The notes under the pieces are model-generated. The model saw only the letters and a list, made by a program, of their open reading frames with translations. It did not search any database and was not told where the DNA came from. This document shows, in pieces, positions 10,009-20,643 of a DNA stretch of 32,000 nucleotides. A program made the position numbers and the translations under genes. This DNA comes from Candidatus Helarchaeota ASGARD archaeon Hel_GB_B (GTDB lineage Archaea > Asgardarchaeota > Lokiarchaeia > Helarchaeales > HEL-GB-B), in NCBI GenBank assembly GCA_005191425.1, contig SUPR01000017.1, positions 1-32,000 on the forward strand, read 5' to 3'. Position 1 is the first letter of the stretch; each line of letters opens with the position of its first letter.

Positions 10009-10890
10009 TTATGCTAATCGTTCTCCGGGTAATGGGGGACTTGCACTATATACTTCATCGACATCGATTACACCTAAATTTACCCCACGAAATTTATTTA
10101 CTCCCATATAAACACCTTTAACTTGGTACGCAATTGGTTGAATTTCTCCAAATGGAATGTCTTTAGACATTGCTAGGGACAATATATTTTTGTCTGTTTC
10201 CATTTTTAATATTGAAATCGCCACTTTAGATAAAACAGGTATTTGGTCTATCTCCTTCTTAAAACCCGAAAATGAAAATACTAATCTTTTTCTATCTTTT
10301 TTAGGCGAGAGCGAAGTAATTGGGATTATCATGGGATAATCATCGCTATCTTTATAGGCTAAGAATTTAAATGAAGTTATTCCCTTAAATTTTTCCATAA
10401 TTCTATGTGGAATAATTGGAGCTTCTTTTTTATCCTCTGTTTTATATTTTTCTACTTTACCTTTTCCTATTTTCATTTTTAAAATATTTATTATCATTGA
10501 AAATGTCAATAAACTAGTCGGTGGATATGTTTTTTTAACTGATATTTTACCTACTCCTCGAACTCCTGTATAGGCATTAAATCTAAAAAGTGCGCTATGA
10601 TTTGCTCTATTTACTAATTCACCTGTTCTGATAAACTCTTGAAAATCTCCTTTTACAATATAGGTTTTAAATCCATTCATCGAAGTTACTGCACATGCTA
10701 CTTTTGAATTTTCAAGTAAATTCTTTTTAGTTTTCCAGATCATATAGTCTCCAAAAAATATCATATTTTCATTAAGTGCATCCAATGATAATATTGGCAC
10801 AATATTTGGGATACCCTCTTTACTTAAACTAGCTAAAAATTTTGGTGCTGCATCTTCTTGAAATGCAAATAAAGCTTTTTTTTCCATCAA
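10009..10890 (-). CDS. Tandem pyridoxamine-5'-phosphate-oxidase-like (FMN split-barrel) two-domain protein
   Basis: Two similar halves: KFLASLSKEGIPNIVP...KTKKNLLENSKVA and KFLAYKDSDDYPMIIP...SKVAISI, each followed by a YxVKG strand. Confidence 0.75.
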   Translation of the reverse strand: MMEKKALFAFQEDAAPKFLASLSKEGIPNIVPILSLDALNENMIFFGDYMIWKTKKNLLENSKVACAVTSMNGFKTYIVKGDFQEFIRTGELVNRANHSALFRFNAYTGVRGVGKISVKKTYPPTSLLTFSMIINILKMKIGKGKVEKYKTEDKKEAPIIPHRIMEKFKGITSFKFLAYKDSDDYPMIIPITSLSPKKDRKRLVFSFSGFKKEIDQIPVLSKVAISILKMETDKNILSLAMSKDIPFGEIQPIAYQVKGVYMGVNKFRGVNLGVIDVDEVYSASPPLPGERLA

Positions 10891-11171
10891 TTTAAAATTA
10901 GTCTTATCAGAATTTAAATGTTTTTTTTAACTTAATTTGTAAAAAAATTATAATTTTATTAAATGGACACATTTAAAATAATTTTTGATTTTTTATATGA
11001 TTATACGATTTAAAATTAATAAAATAATTAATTTTTCAAGTTATTTTAATTAGAAAATTTAAAAATTTAAGGAATAGAATCAAAATCTTAGAAATAAAAA
11101 ATAGTTGACTTGTTTCAGTTAATTTCATTATTTCTAAAAAATTTGTGATATTAAAAAAAAGTTCAATTAAA

Positions 11172-13571
11172 TCAGACTTGATGTGCGACTCTGTTAATAA
11201 TTTCATTTTGAATTTCTATTCCTAGCATTACAAAATATGCGTTATATCCAGTGACTCTCACCAATAAATTACTATATTCTTCAGGGTTTCTCTGCGCTTC
11301 TTTAAGTGTTTCGGAGTCTATAATATTCAATTGTAGAGATGTGCCTCCAACTTCTGTATAGGCTTTAATTAGTCCTTTTAATTTTTCTATATGTTCAGAA
11401 TCTCTTAGAAGTGAGGGGCTAAGTGATAATGTATGGCTTCCACCATTTGGTGCAGTCTCAAGGCCTAGCTTTCCAACAGACTTGATAACCGAAGTCGGGC
11501 CTTTTTTATCAGCCCCATTAACAGGACATAAAGCATTAGATAAAAAAGTTTCACGTTTCCGACCATCAGGTGTAGCAGCCGTAAATGGTGCATATGATAT
11601 CCAATAATTCCATGAAAGATAGCCTGCCCGATATCTTCTGCCAGTAGCTGGCGATCTTTTAGTAAAGACATACTTATTCCAAAATTGAGATAAATCCTTA
11701 CCTAGATAGTCAACTTCATCAATATCATTGCCATATTTAGGAGGTTTATTAAGTAATAATTGTCTTATTTTCTCATACCCATTAAAATTATTTTTAATTG
11801 CTTGTATCAATTCTTGCATATTAATTTTCTGTTCTTTATAAACTAATTCTTTTATTGCCATTAGACTATCTATAGTGGTACCTAAACCAATCCCTTCAAC
11901 CGTAATAAAATTAAATCTTGCACCACCTGCAGTAATATCTTTTCCATTTTCTGCACAACCGTCAATTAGTGCAGATAAATATGGTGTTGGCTCGAAAGTC
12001 GACCTAATTTTATCAGCTTTGTTCGCATTGTCCATTATCAAATCTAATATTTTTATTAATTGCTTTTTATATGCATTATAAAACTGATCAAAATTTTTGA
12101 ATTTAACTGGATTTCCTGTATTTACTCCTATTTTAACATTTTTCACCAAATCTTTTCCATTATTTAATGTTAATTCAATTGCTTTTGCCAGATTAATATT
12201 TACATCTACTGTTCCTGCTCGTTCACACCCTTGCAACGTATTTTCTAAACATCCTACTGGTGCATAATTCCATAATTCTTCCTCAGGTTCGCCTTCCCAC
12301 TTTAAACCTCGAATTGCATTTTCATCAAAATTGATTAAAAATGGACTCCCTTGACTTTTTATAAGCATCTCACAGATTCGAGTTAATAATTTATCTGGAG
12401 TGTTTTTATGTATCCGAATATTTGGTTTTGGCTCAAGCATATTCATTTCTTCTATTACATCTAAAATTAACCACGTTAAATCATTTGTAAGATCTTCACC
12501 ATTTGGGCCCATACCACTAAGCGTCATTAATTGCCCAAATCCTGAATTGATACCTTGATTCTCACCTACTCTTCCGTGATAATCGTATGCATAGTTATGC
12601 TTTATCCAATAACATTGTAATATTTCTTTAGCTTGTTCCCGGGTTAACTTTCCACTTTTGATATCTTTTTCATAATATGGATACATGTATTGATCAAATC
12701 TTCCATGCGATAAACCTGGACCAGGATAAGACTCACATGCCATTATAAGCATATGCGTTGTCCAAATTGACTGTACAGCTTCATAAAAAGATTCAGCTGG
12801 ATTCCATGGCACTTTCTCGCAAATACGAGCTATTTCTTGTAATTCTTGTTTTCTTTTATTATCGTTTTCTTTTTCAGTTAATCTTCTAGCTTCTTCCGCA
12901 TATCGCTCTGAAAAAATCTTTACTGTATCACAACTCATTATTAATGCTTTTAAAAAATCAATTTTTTCTGGATCATTTGTCTCTTTAATCATTTGCTCAA
13001 ATTCTGCTTTAAGACCTTTAAAACCTAACTTAAGTACTTTTGGATAATTCGGTATAATATGCCCCGGGACTGCACCTGCATTTCCCACTCCATTAAAATG
13101 AATAAAATTAGCTTGCTTCATCCATTCTTTTTCTAATTTTAACCATTCTTTTGTTTCTTTTTTATTTAAACATTTTGATAATGCAGTATTAAAATAACTC
13201 CCAACTATTAACTCTCCATCTAAAATTTTTACTGGTAAATATTTTTTAATAACTTCTTTAAAAAAAATTGCTCGTCTCATAACTATTGAATGTTCCCAAA
13301 AATCATCAGGAATTTTTACTATTTGGGCACCAGCAGCTAAACTATCTTCAAAAGCACCGAATAATGGATATATCTCAGGAACAACACCCCATTGGTGTGC
13401 GGAATATACTATATCCCAGTCTGTTCCAGTAGAATACCCTTTAACTTCATTTCTAAAATAATCTCTATCATAAAATGAGAAAAATTCATCTCTTAATTTC
13501 TTCACTCTCTTAGATAATTCTTTTGAAGCACTCCAGATTTCGCCTTTTACTTGTTCAGAAGTTTCTACCAT
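11172..13571 (-). CDS. Glycyl radical enzyme (PFL superfamily, eliminase-type Cys loop), substrate unassigned
   Basis: C-terminal LLVRVTGYNAYF glycyl loop (~11240-11270), single-Cys loop YAPVGCLEN (~12240-12268), GRFDQYMYPYY, KYGND, ATPDGR; 799 aa. Confidence 0.93.
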   Translation of the reverse strand: MVETSEQVKGEIWSASKELSKRVKKLRDEFFSFYDRDYFRNEVKGYSTGTDWDIVYSAHQWGVVPEIYPLFGAFEDSLAAGAQIVKIPDDFWEHSIVMRRAIFFKEVIKKYLPVKILDGELIVGSYFNTALSKCLNKKETKEWLKLEKEWMKQANFIHFNGVGNAGAVPGHIIPNYPKVLKLGFKGLKAEFEQMIKETNDPEKIDFLKALIMSCDTVKIFSERYAEEARRLTEKENDNKRKQELQEIARICEKVPWNPAESFYEAVQSIWTTHMLIMACESYPGPGLSHGRFDQYMYPYYEKDIKSGKLTREQAKEILQCYWIKHNYAYDYHGRVGENQGINSGFGQLMTLSGMGPNGEDLTNDLTWLILDVIEEMNMLEPKPNIRIHKNTPDKLLTRICEMLIKSQGSPFLINFDENAIRGLKWEGEPEEELWNYAPVGCLENTLQGCERAGTVDVNINLAKAIELTLNNGKDLVKNVKIGVNTGNPVKFKNFDQFYNAYKKQLIKILDLIMDNANKADKIRSTFEPTPYLSALIDGCAENGKDITAGGARFNFITVEGIGLGTTIDSLMAIKELVYKEQKINMQELIQAIKNNFNGYEKIRQLLLNKPPKYGNDIDEVDYLGKDLSQFWNKYVFTKRSPATGRRYRAGYLSWNYWISYAPFTAATPDGRKRETFLSNALCPVNGADKKGPTSVIKSVGKLGLETAPNGGSHTLSLSPSLLRDSEHIEKLKGLIKAYTEVGGTSLQLNIIDSETLKEAQRNPEEYSNLLVRVTGYNAYFVMLGIEIQNEIINRVAHQV

Positions 13572-14061
13572 TATATCTCACTCTAAATTAAATATATTAA
13601 CCTAAATTTAATTTTTAAAATGATTATTTTTTAAATCAAACTTTTCTTTAGGTCAATCTAATTTCTAATTAATTATTATCATATTCAAAAGATAAACTTT
13701 TCTCCAATTATCACCTTAATTCTAATTTTTTAATTATAAATCTTAAATTAAAAAAACTCTTAATGTAAATAATTTGAAATTTAAACCGGTAAAAAGAATT
13801 TAATTATAAAATCAAAATGAAAATGAAAATTTTTTCTAAAATTCATTATATAATTGTAATAACATTCGAACATACCCCTAATACTGATAATTAAAATAAA
13901 ATTTCCTCATTATCTAATTAATAAAATAAGTAACTTAAAATTCAATAACAAAGTTAAAATCAAAAATTATATATAATCAACAAAAAAAGTAAAATCATCC
14001 AATTTTTTAAAGGATAAATCATTTAATTTATATTTTGATTTGATTATTTGGTTGAATTGAA

Positions 14062-14655
14062 ATGGCTAAAGACCAAGATAAAGTTTTAAAAATATATTTA
14101 TTTAGACATGGAGAAACGACTTTTAATCGTGATAAAATTTTTACTGGATGGTTGGATCCAGAATTAACTCAAAAGGGTATTAAACAAGCCGAACTTATTG
14201 CTGAAAAATTGAAAGATAAAGAATTTAAAGTTGCTTACTGCTCACATTTAACTCGATCAAAGCACACGCTTAATATTGTTTTAAAATATCATAAAGATGT
14301 AGAAATAATTGTGGATGACCGAATTATTGAACGAAGTTATGGGGATTTACAAGGTCGTAAACATGCTGATTATATAAAAGAGGTCGGTAAAAAGCAATTT
14401 GATATTATTCACAGGTCCTATGATGTCCCTCCTCCAAATGGCGAAAGTATTAAAATGGTCGAAAAAAGAGTCAATGAATTTATTAAAGATTTACTTATAA
14501 AAATGAAAAAAGAAAAGATAAGTGTTGCAATTTCTGCCCATGGCAATTCAATGAGGCCATTTCGCAGATACTTTGAGAACTTAACTATCGAAGAAATGAT
14601 AAAGCTTGAAAATCCTTGGGATGATTATTTTGAATATGATGTCCCTGTTGAATAA
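14062..14655 (+). CDS. gpmA: Histidine phosphatase, probable 2,3-bisphosphoglycerate-dependent phosphoglycerate mutase (short dPGM type)
   Basis: FRHGETTFN..FTGWLDPELT, ERSYGDLQG, RSYDVPPPNGES, AHGNSMR. Confidence 0.8.
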   Translation: MAKDQDKVLKIYLFRHGETTFNRDKIFTGWLDPELTQKGIKQAELIAEKLKDKEFKVAYCSHLTRSKHTLNIVLKYHKDVEIIVDDRIIERSYGDLQGRKHADYIKEVGKKQFDIIHRSYDVPPPNGESIKMVEKRVNEFIKDLLIKMKKEKISVAISAHGNSMRPFRRYFENLTIEEMIKLENPWDDYFEYDVPVE

Positions 14656-14893
14656 TGATTTTGACTAAATTTCCATTATTATTTTGGACCAATTTTTTTT
14701 GCAATTTTGATTAATTATTTTTTTAGTGATTTTTTTAGAATTATTTTTATTCTATCTTATTATTTAATTAATCGAAATTTCTAATAAAAATAAAAAAATT
14801 TTAAAATAAATTTGTGGATCGAAATTATAATGATAATTTGCTTTTAACTAATAGTAAATTATTGAAATTCTTAAATAATAAGAGGTAATTGTT

Positions 14894-15622
14894 ATGAAAG
14901 ATCGGAATTTCTATCATAAAGAGAAAACAGAAGATAATAAAATAAATTACGTTATGGAACTACTTGAATATAAAAGTGTAATTCAGCACGATCTTGAAAA
15001 ATGCACTGGATGCGGAATATGTGTTATGATATGTCCTAAAGAAGCAATAGAAAGAATTGATAATGAAGAGCATGTACATATTCCTAAAGTAGAGAGCTGC
15101 TCGTTTTGTGGTATATGTGATTATATGTGCCCATTTAACGCTTGGACTCTTTTAATTGATGATGAACATACTATACCACTTAAAGAAAACCCCGGAAATT
15201 TACCTGATCTTTTAGGCGAAGAATTAGTCTGTCCAAAAACTCAAAAACCTGTGGTAAAATATCTTGAAGGCCAGATAACAATTGACCCTAAAAAATGTCC
15301 CACTGATTGTAAGGAATGTATTGATGCTTGTATGATGAATGTTATTGAATTTACATCTCTGGATGATAAAAGACAAGTCAAACTAAATAAAAATAACTGT
15401 ATTTTCTGCACTGCTTGCACATTTGCTTGTCCAGAACCTGAGGCACTTATGGTCGACCGCTTCGATATTAAATTTGATAAAACTCAGATTAAATCATCGT
15501 CTGTTTTTAATGAAATCATTCGAAAACTAATCTCTCAAGAAGTACTGGCTAAAATTATTAAAGAAAAAGCTCAAGAAATTGCTCGAGAAGCAACAACAAA
15601 ATTATTTAATATAAAGGTTTAA
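14894..15622 (+). CDS. Polyferredoxin with four predicted [4Fe-4S] clusters, FwdF-like
   Basis: CTGCGICVMICP, CSFCGICDYMCP, CPTDCKECIDAC, CIFCTACTFACP; SD-like GAGGT upstream. Confidence 0.85.
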   Translation: MKDRNFYHKEKTEDNKINYVMELLEYKSVIQHDLEKCTGCGICVMICPKEAIERIDNEEHVHIPKVESCSFCGICDYMCPFNAWTLLIDDEHTIPLKENPGNLPDLLGEELVCPKTQKPVVKYLEGQITIDPKKCPTDCKECIDACMMNVIEFTSLDDKRQVKLNKNNCIFCTACTFACPEPEALMVDRFDIKFDKTQIKSSSVFNEIIRKLISQEVLAKIIKEKAQEIAREATTKLFNIKV

Positions 15623-15653
15623 ATCTGTCTAATTTTCAATTTTTAAAAAGAAT

Positions 15654-15833
15654 TTATAAATCATCATCAGAGTATATACCGCAAATAACACTATATCTAA
15701 TAAAAGGCATTTTCCGCCTTGCAATTATTTGTAGACCTCTAGATATTTCTAAAAAAATATCCATCCAAGGTTTTCCTTCTGTTTTTAAATAATTTATTAT
15801 TTGTCTATTTCTTTTATCTGCTCTTTCTGTCAT
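15654..15833 (-). pseudogene. 59-codon ORF, probably the 3' remnant of a decayed gene extending to ~16150
   Basis: MTERADKRNRQIINYLKTEGKPWMDIFLEISRGLQIIARRKMPFIRYSVICGIYSDDDL*; protein-like fragments broken by stops continue upstream; no family recognised. Confidence 0.3.
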
Positions 15834-16350
15834 AATTAATCATTTTATCAAATTGATAGTTAGTTCGAGTATATTATCTCTAATATTTGATTTAAGCAGT
15901 TTTAAATTTTCTGACTTTAGGATTATTCAAGTCTATATTTTTCTATTTTTCAACAAAACTTTAATATAATGTTTTTATGGTTTTGATAGACTTTTTAATT
16001 TTAATATTTCATTATATTTATCTATTTTTTATCTAAATTTCTTTCAAAATCTATATTGATATTAATTTAATTTTTATAATTGAAGAATATTTATTAAAAT
16101 AACATTTACGCTCCATAATATCCTTAATATTTCTTCATTTTTCAATTTAATTTTAGAATAATTATAACTGATTTAATAAATGGTTAATTGTAAAGGAATA
16201 CAAAAATTTGCTGATTAAAAATAAATTTTTGTAGTGTTAACACCTTTTTTCACATTTTTACATAAATAGAATAAAAAATTTTTTTAATAAAATTCTTACA
16301 TTTTAAATTAAATAGTATTTTTATTCTAAATTAAAATGGTGGAATGAAAA

Positions 16351-17565
16351 TTGAAATATGGTATTAATACATTAGATGATTTTGATGTTAAGGGTAAAAA
16401 AGTGCTAGTAAGAGCTGATATTAATTCAACAATTACGCGAAAAGAAAACAAATTAATGAATTTATTAAGAATTAAGGAATTAAAAAATACATTAGATGAC
16501 CTTAAAGAAGCAGCAGTAGTACTTATTGCTCATCAAGGGCGCCCAGGTGGAAAAGATTATACTTCTTTGGCTCCACATGCAGAAGCAATGAAAAAATTAT
16601 ATGGCGATCAAGTTCATTTTGTTGATGACTTATTCGGGACTAAAGCAAGGGCAGCAATAAAAGAACTTAAACCAGGCGAAATTTTAGTCCTTGAAAATGT
16701 TCGATTTTATGCTGAAGAAGTAAATTTAAAAAATGATATTGATAAAATGGCTGATTCTCACTTTGTCCAAAATTTGGCACCATTATTTGATTTATATGTA
16801 AACGACGCTTATGGAGCAGCTCATAGGTCTTCTCCGTCTCTAATAGGTTTTACTAAAGTCATACCGAGTTGTATGGGACGTATCTTGGAAAAAGAAGTTG
16901 AAATTATGGAAGAAAAAATCCTAGGAAATCCTAAAAAACCTGTAATATTTGTAATTGGTGGTGCCAAAGTAGAGACTAAATTTAAAGTAATGAAAAACCT
17001 ACTTGAAAACAATAAAGCAGATTTAATTCTAATTGGTGGACTTTTACAAAATATTATGCTTGCTGCTGCTGGTATTGATATTGGAGAAATTAATAAAAAG
17101 CCAATCAAAAATTTTGACGATTACATATCTACCGCAAAGGAAATCTATCAGAAATACAAAGATAAATTGAAACTCCCAATTGACTTATCATTAAATGACA
17201 ATGGAAAAAGAAAAGATGTTCCAGTAGAAGAAATTTCAAAATATGGACTACCCTCTAACGATATCGGTGAAAAAACAGCAGAGGAATACGTAAAAATCAT
17301 AAAAGAAGCTGGTACAGTTGTAGCTAATGGACCCCCTGGTGTATTTGAACAGCCACCTTTTAACTTGGGGTCTAAAATGGTACTCGAGGCTATGGGTGAA
17401 TCAAACGCATTTACTACTGTTGGTGGTGGAGAAATGGGCGGATATTGCCAAGACCTAAAAATTCCTATTAATTTCATCAGTACTGGTGGTGGAGCAATGC
17501 TTGATTATCTTACTGGTAAAAAATTACCCGTAATTGCAGCATTAGAAGAAGCTTCTAAAAAATAA
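16351..17565 (+). CDS. pgk: Phosphoglycerate kinase (archaeal type), TTG start
   Basis: LVRADINS, AHQGRPG, LENVRF, YVNDAYGAAHRS, GGAKV, GGGE, STGGGA; GGTGG SD at 16338-16342. Confidence 0.96.
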   Translation: MKYGINTLDDFDVKGKKVLVRADINSTITRKENKLMNLLRIKELKNTLDDLKEAAVVLIAHQGRPGGKDYTSLAPHAEAMKKLYGDQVHFVDDLFGTKARAAIKELKPGEILVLENVRFYAEEVNLKNDIDKMADSHFVQNLAPLFDLYVNDAYGAAHRSSPSLIGFTKVIPSCMGRILEKEVEIMEEKILGNPKKPVIFVIGGAKVETKFKVMKNLLENNKADLILIGGLLQNIMLAAAGIDIGEINKKPIKNFDDYISTAKEIYQKYKDKLKLPIDLSLNDNGKRKDVPVEEISKYGLPSNDIGEKTAEEYVKIIKEAGTVVANGPPGVFEQPPFNLGSKMVLEAMGESNAFTTVGGGEMGGYCQDLKIPINFISTGGGAMLDYLTGKKLPVIAALEEASKK

Positions 17566-17649
17566 TTTTTCATAAAAATCAAATTCTATTTTTTTAATAA
17601 ATTAATACACCATTTTTTAGGTATATTAGCCATTTGATGAAATAAGTTC

Positions 17650-18790
17650 ATATCTACATTTTTTAAATTTATTAGACTTTTAATATATTACTTCTATTCC
17701 TTCATTTTTATATGCTATAATGCTCTTAATTTAATTATTTTCTTACGTAATATCTTATAATTAAAGTATGCTAAACATTGCATTGCTATTAATATAAATA
17801 GACTATGTTTATGAGCTTATCTTTTATATTTCAATGATAGTCTCCTATCTATATCACCCAATAATGCATAGAAGCCATTCATCATCCCAAACAATCCTTC
17901 AATTACCTTTCTACCTCTATATTCTATGATAAATGTATCAATTCCAACATCCTCAAATACCCTTAGATAATTTAATACCAGTTTCGAAATTTCACTTTTA
18001 TTTTTTTTTCCAATTTATTTAAAGTAATGTCAATATCTTCTAAGGATCAATATTAGCACATCTTTGCTAATTTTGGAAATTTCAACCCTAATTTTATTAT
18101 CTTAAGATAATACTGCTTGAAATATTCCAACATCTTCTTTTATTCTTTTAATATGTCCGAATTCATTAGATCAATATCAACAACAAGGATTACTCGTATT
18201 CTTTTTTCAATGAACTCCAATATCTCTAAAGAACAACATTCGGCATCTAATTTAACATGTCCTATTTTTAATTCATATTTACCAGCTTTTTTTTAAGTAA
18301 AATTAATTTATCTTTTAATGTAATAAATCCAGATCTTTCGTTCTTGCTCCCTTTACGAGAGATTATAATAAGAGGAATACAATTTGGGTCAACTAGTACC
18401 TGAAATTTTAAGACTCGAGTACTTTTATTATCTCTATCATGATATTTTACGCCATCTTAGTCATCTTTTCTCGTTTTACAGAAAGTAGAATCTTCGATTA
18501 TCGTTTCAACATTGATAATTCCCTCTTTTATTAAAATATCCACATTATTCTCTAATATTTTCATTAAAAATATCAATGTTAAACTTTCAATACGCCTTAT
18601 ATAATTTATCAATTCTAGGGACTCTTGAAAAAACCCGAGAGAGTGTCCCATAACTTGTAATATCTCATTATCAATGATAACACTCTCATTTATAATTAAT
18701 TTTAAGTAGAGTATTGATGATAACATTTTTGATTTTATGAAAACAAAAGTTTTGTATATTAAATCTGTTGAATAGCCGTTTTTTCAATTT
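17650..18790 (-). pseudogene. Decayed IS4-superfamily (IS1634/ISH3-like) DDE transposase
   Basis: YREK-type signature EYRGRKVIEGLF (~17890-17925), AHKHSLFILIAMQCLAY, VILVVDID, QVLVDPNCIPL, and IIEDST in ORF 18457..18726; multiple stops and frameshifts; ends approximate. Confidence 0.6.
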
Positions 18791-19484
18791 AATATCCCTT
18801 TTATAAAATATTTCGTGAAACAAATTCCTTCTCTGAAACATTTAAATCTGCCCTATGGTCTGAACTCTTAGATAATTATAAGAAAATATTTATACATTAT
18901 TCTAAATATAATTTATGATACCGTTTTTTTTATCTTCTATGCAAATTTCTTGATTTTTTCTTATATTTGTCAAATATAAAACTTCTATTGCCTCATTCTG
19001 AATATGAAATATTAATATGTTCAAAAAATAATTATTAAAAATTAAAAAGCATTTGATTCCTATCATTTAAGAGTACACACTCAAGCTGTATTGTAGTTAA
19101 TCGAAATGCAGCCCCTAAAAACATTAATAATAGTCGTACTATTATTTTAATACGTCAATTATGGCAATTTATCTCTTTTTTTATTAATTCAGTCAAATTA
19201 AGAATTTTTTCTAAAAATTCTTTAATAGCAGATATCCAATATCTTTTCCACAATTCGGGCAAATATCCAATACAATCTTGCTGAATAACAGAACAACCTT
19301 CAACTAGGATATCAATTCTCACATAAACACTATTTTACATAAATAATATAATTATTAACTTAATTATAGATATATGTCTATCATAATATTGACTAACTTT
19401 GGAATAAGAAATAGTATATAAATTTAAATTACATTGAAATCTTTAAAATAAGCCCACTAGAAAACTTGATAGATATAATAAATA

Positions 19485-19526
19485 ACCGACAAACTTAAAT
19501 AAAAAGAATTATACAATTTTGTCGGT
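19485..19526. promoter_or_regulatory. 9-bp perfect inverted repeat with 24-nt spacer upstream of the methyltransferase
   Basis: ACCGACAAA (19485-19493) and TTTGTCGGT (19518-19526), ~120 nt before the MTase ATG. Confidence 0.4.
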
Positions 19527-19647
19527 AGAAAATAAAGAAGAAACTTATTTTATCAAAATCCTATAATTTTATTAAATTTTTCTACATCTAATAATTAGAT
19601 ATAAATGAAAGATAATAATTAATATTATTATTAATAGATAGATAAAA

Positions 19648-20625
19648 ATGACAAGAACTGATTTAAAGAAACCAACTCAGAAGAAAAGTAGAAATTACAA
19701 AGCAGGACTAGCACAATTAAATTTTAAAATCGAATTCGATTGGAGTCATGAAGAAGCAAGGAAATTATATGAAACATCTATTCATAAAATTGAAAAAAAT
19801 ACAATATTATATCAAGATTGCATATCGGGTATGAAAAATCTACCTGAAGAATCTGTCGATTTAATTATAGCAGATCCTCCTTTTGGAATAAACTTCTCAG
19901 GAAAAGGTAGTCAATATAATCGAAATTCAATTTTAGTAGAAGATGGTTATGTAGAAATAAAAGAAGACTATGATAAATTTACCGAAAAATGGATTCAATG
20001 CCTTCCAAGAATAATGAAAAAAACAGCTTCGGCATATATTTTTTCGGGCTGGACAAATTTAAATGATCTTTTAAACGCTATTAATAAAACAGATTTAAAA
20101 CTTGTTAATCATATTATCTGGAAATATCAATTTGGTGTGTTTACTAAAAGAAAATTTGTCTCTTCTCATTATCACATTTTATTTCTTGTAAAAAACGAAA
20201 AAAAATATTTTTTTAATAAATACGAATATTATCCAGAAGATGTATGGATTATTCCTAGGAGATACCTACCAGGTCAAAGAAAAAATGGTACAAAATTACC
20301 TGAAGATGTTGTTAATAAGTGTATCAATTTTTCTTCAAAACCAGGTGATTTGATATTTGATCCATTTATGGGAAATGCTACAACTGCAATTTGCGCAAAA
20401 GGATTATATAGACATTATTATGGATTTGAAATAAATCAAACAATGAAGGAAATTCACCAAAATTACATTAATAATATCAAAGTAGGACAGTTTTTTAGAC
20501 CACTCAAAGAATATTTACCATCTAAAGAAGAGTTATTAAAAAAATATCCTCATTTAAAGAAATATGTTAATGAGATAAAAAAATACTCTGGTAAAAAGAC
20601 AAGATTAGATCGTTATTTCGAATAA
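19648..20625 (+). CDS. Site-specific amino-DNA methyltransferase (N6-adenine or N4-cytosine), beta class
   Basis: YQDCISGMKNLPEESVDLIIADPPF (motif IV) precedes FDPFMGNAT (motif I) and YYGFEIN; IIWKY, EDVWII, KLPEDVV. Confidence 0.92.
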   Translation: MTRTDLKKPTQKKSRNYKAGLAQLNFKIEFDWSHEEARKLYETSIHKIEKNTILYQDCISGMKNLPEESVDLIIADPPFGINFSGKGSQYNRNSILVEDGYVEIKEDYDKFTEKWIQCLPRIMKKTASAYIFSGWTNLNDLLNAINKTDLKLVNHIIWKYQFGVFTKRKFVSSHYHILFLVKNEKKYFFNKYEYYPEDVWIIPRRYLPGQRKNGTKLPEDVVNKCINFSSKPGDLIFDPFMGNATTAICAKGLYRHYYGFEINQTMKEIHQNYINNIKVGQFFRPLKEYLPSKEELLKKYPHLKKYVNEIKKYSGKKTRLDRYFE

Positions 20626-20643
20626 TAAAAGAGTCTGATTATT

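Noticed and set aside
19126-19146. Hairpin AATAATAGT-CGT-ACTATTATT and nearby CPNCGK fragment (~19200-19330, minus strand)
   Set aside because: The stem is almost entirely A/T and the peptide fragment is too short and broken to assign.
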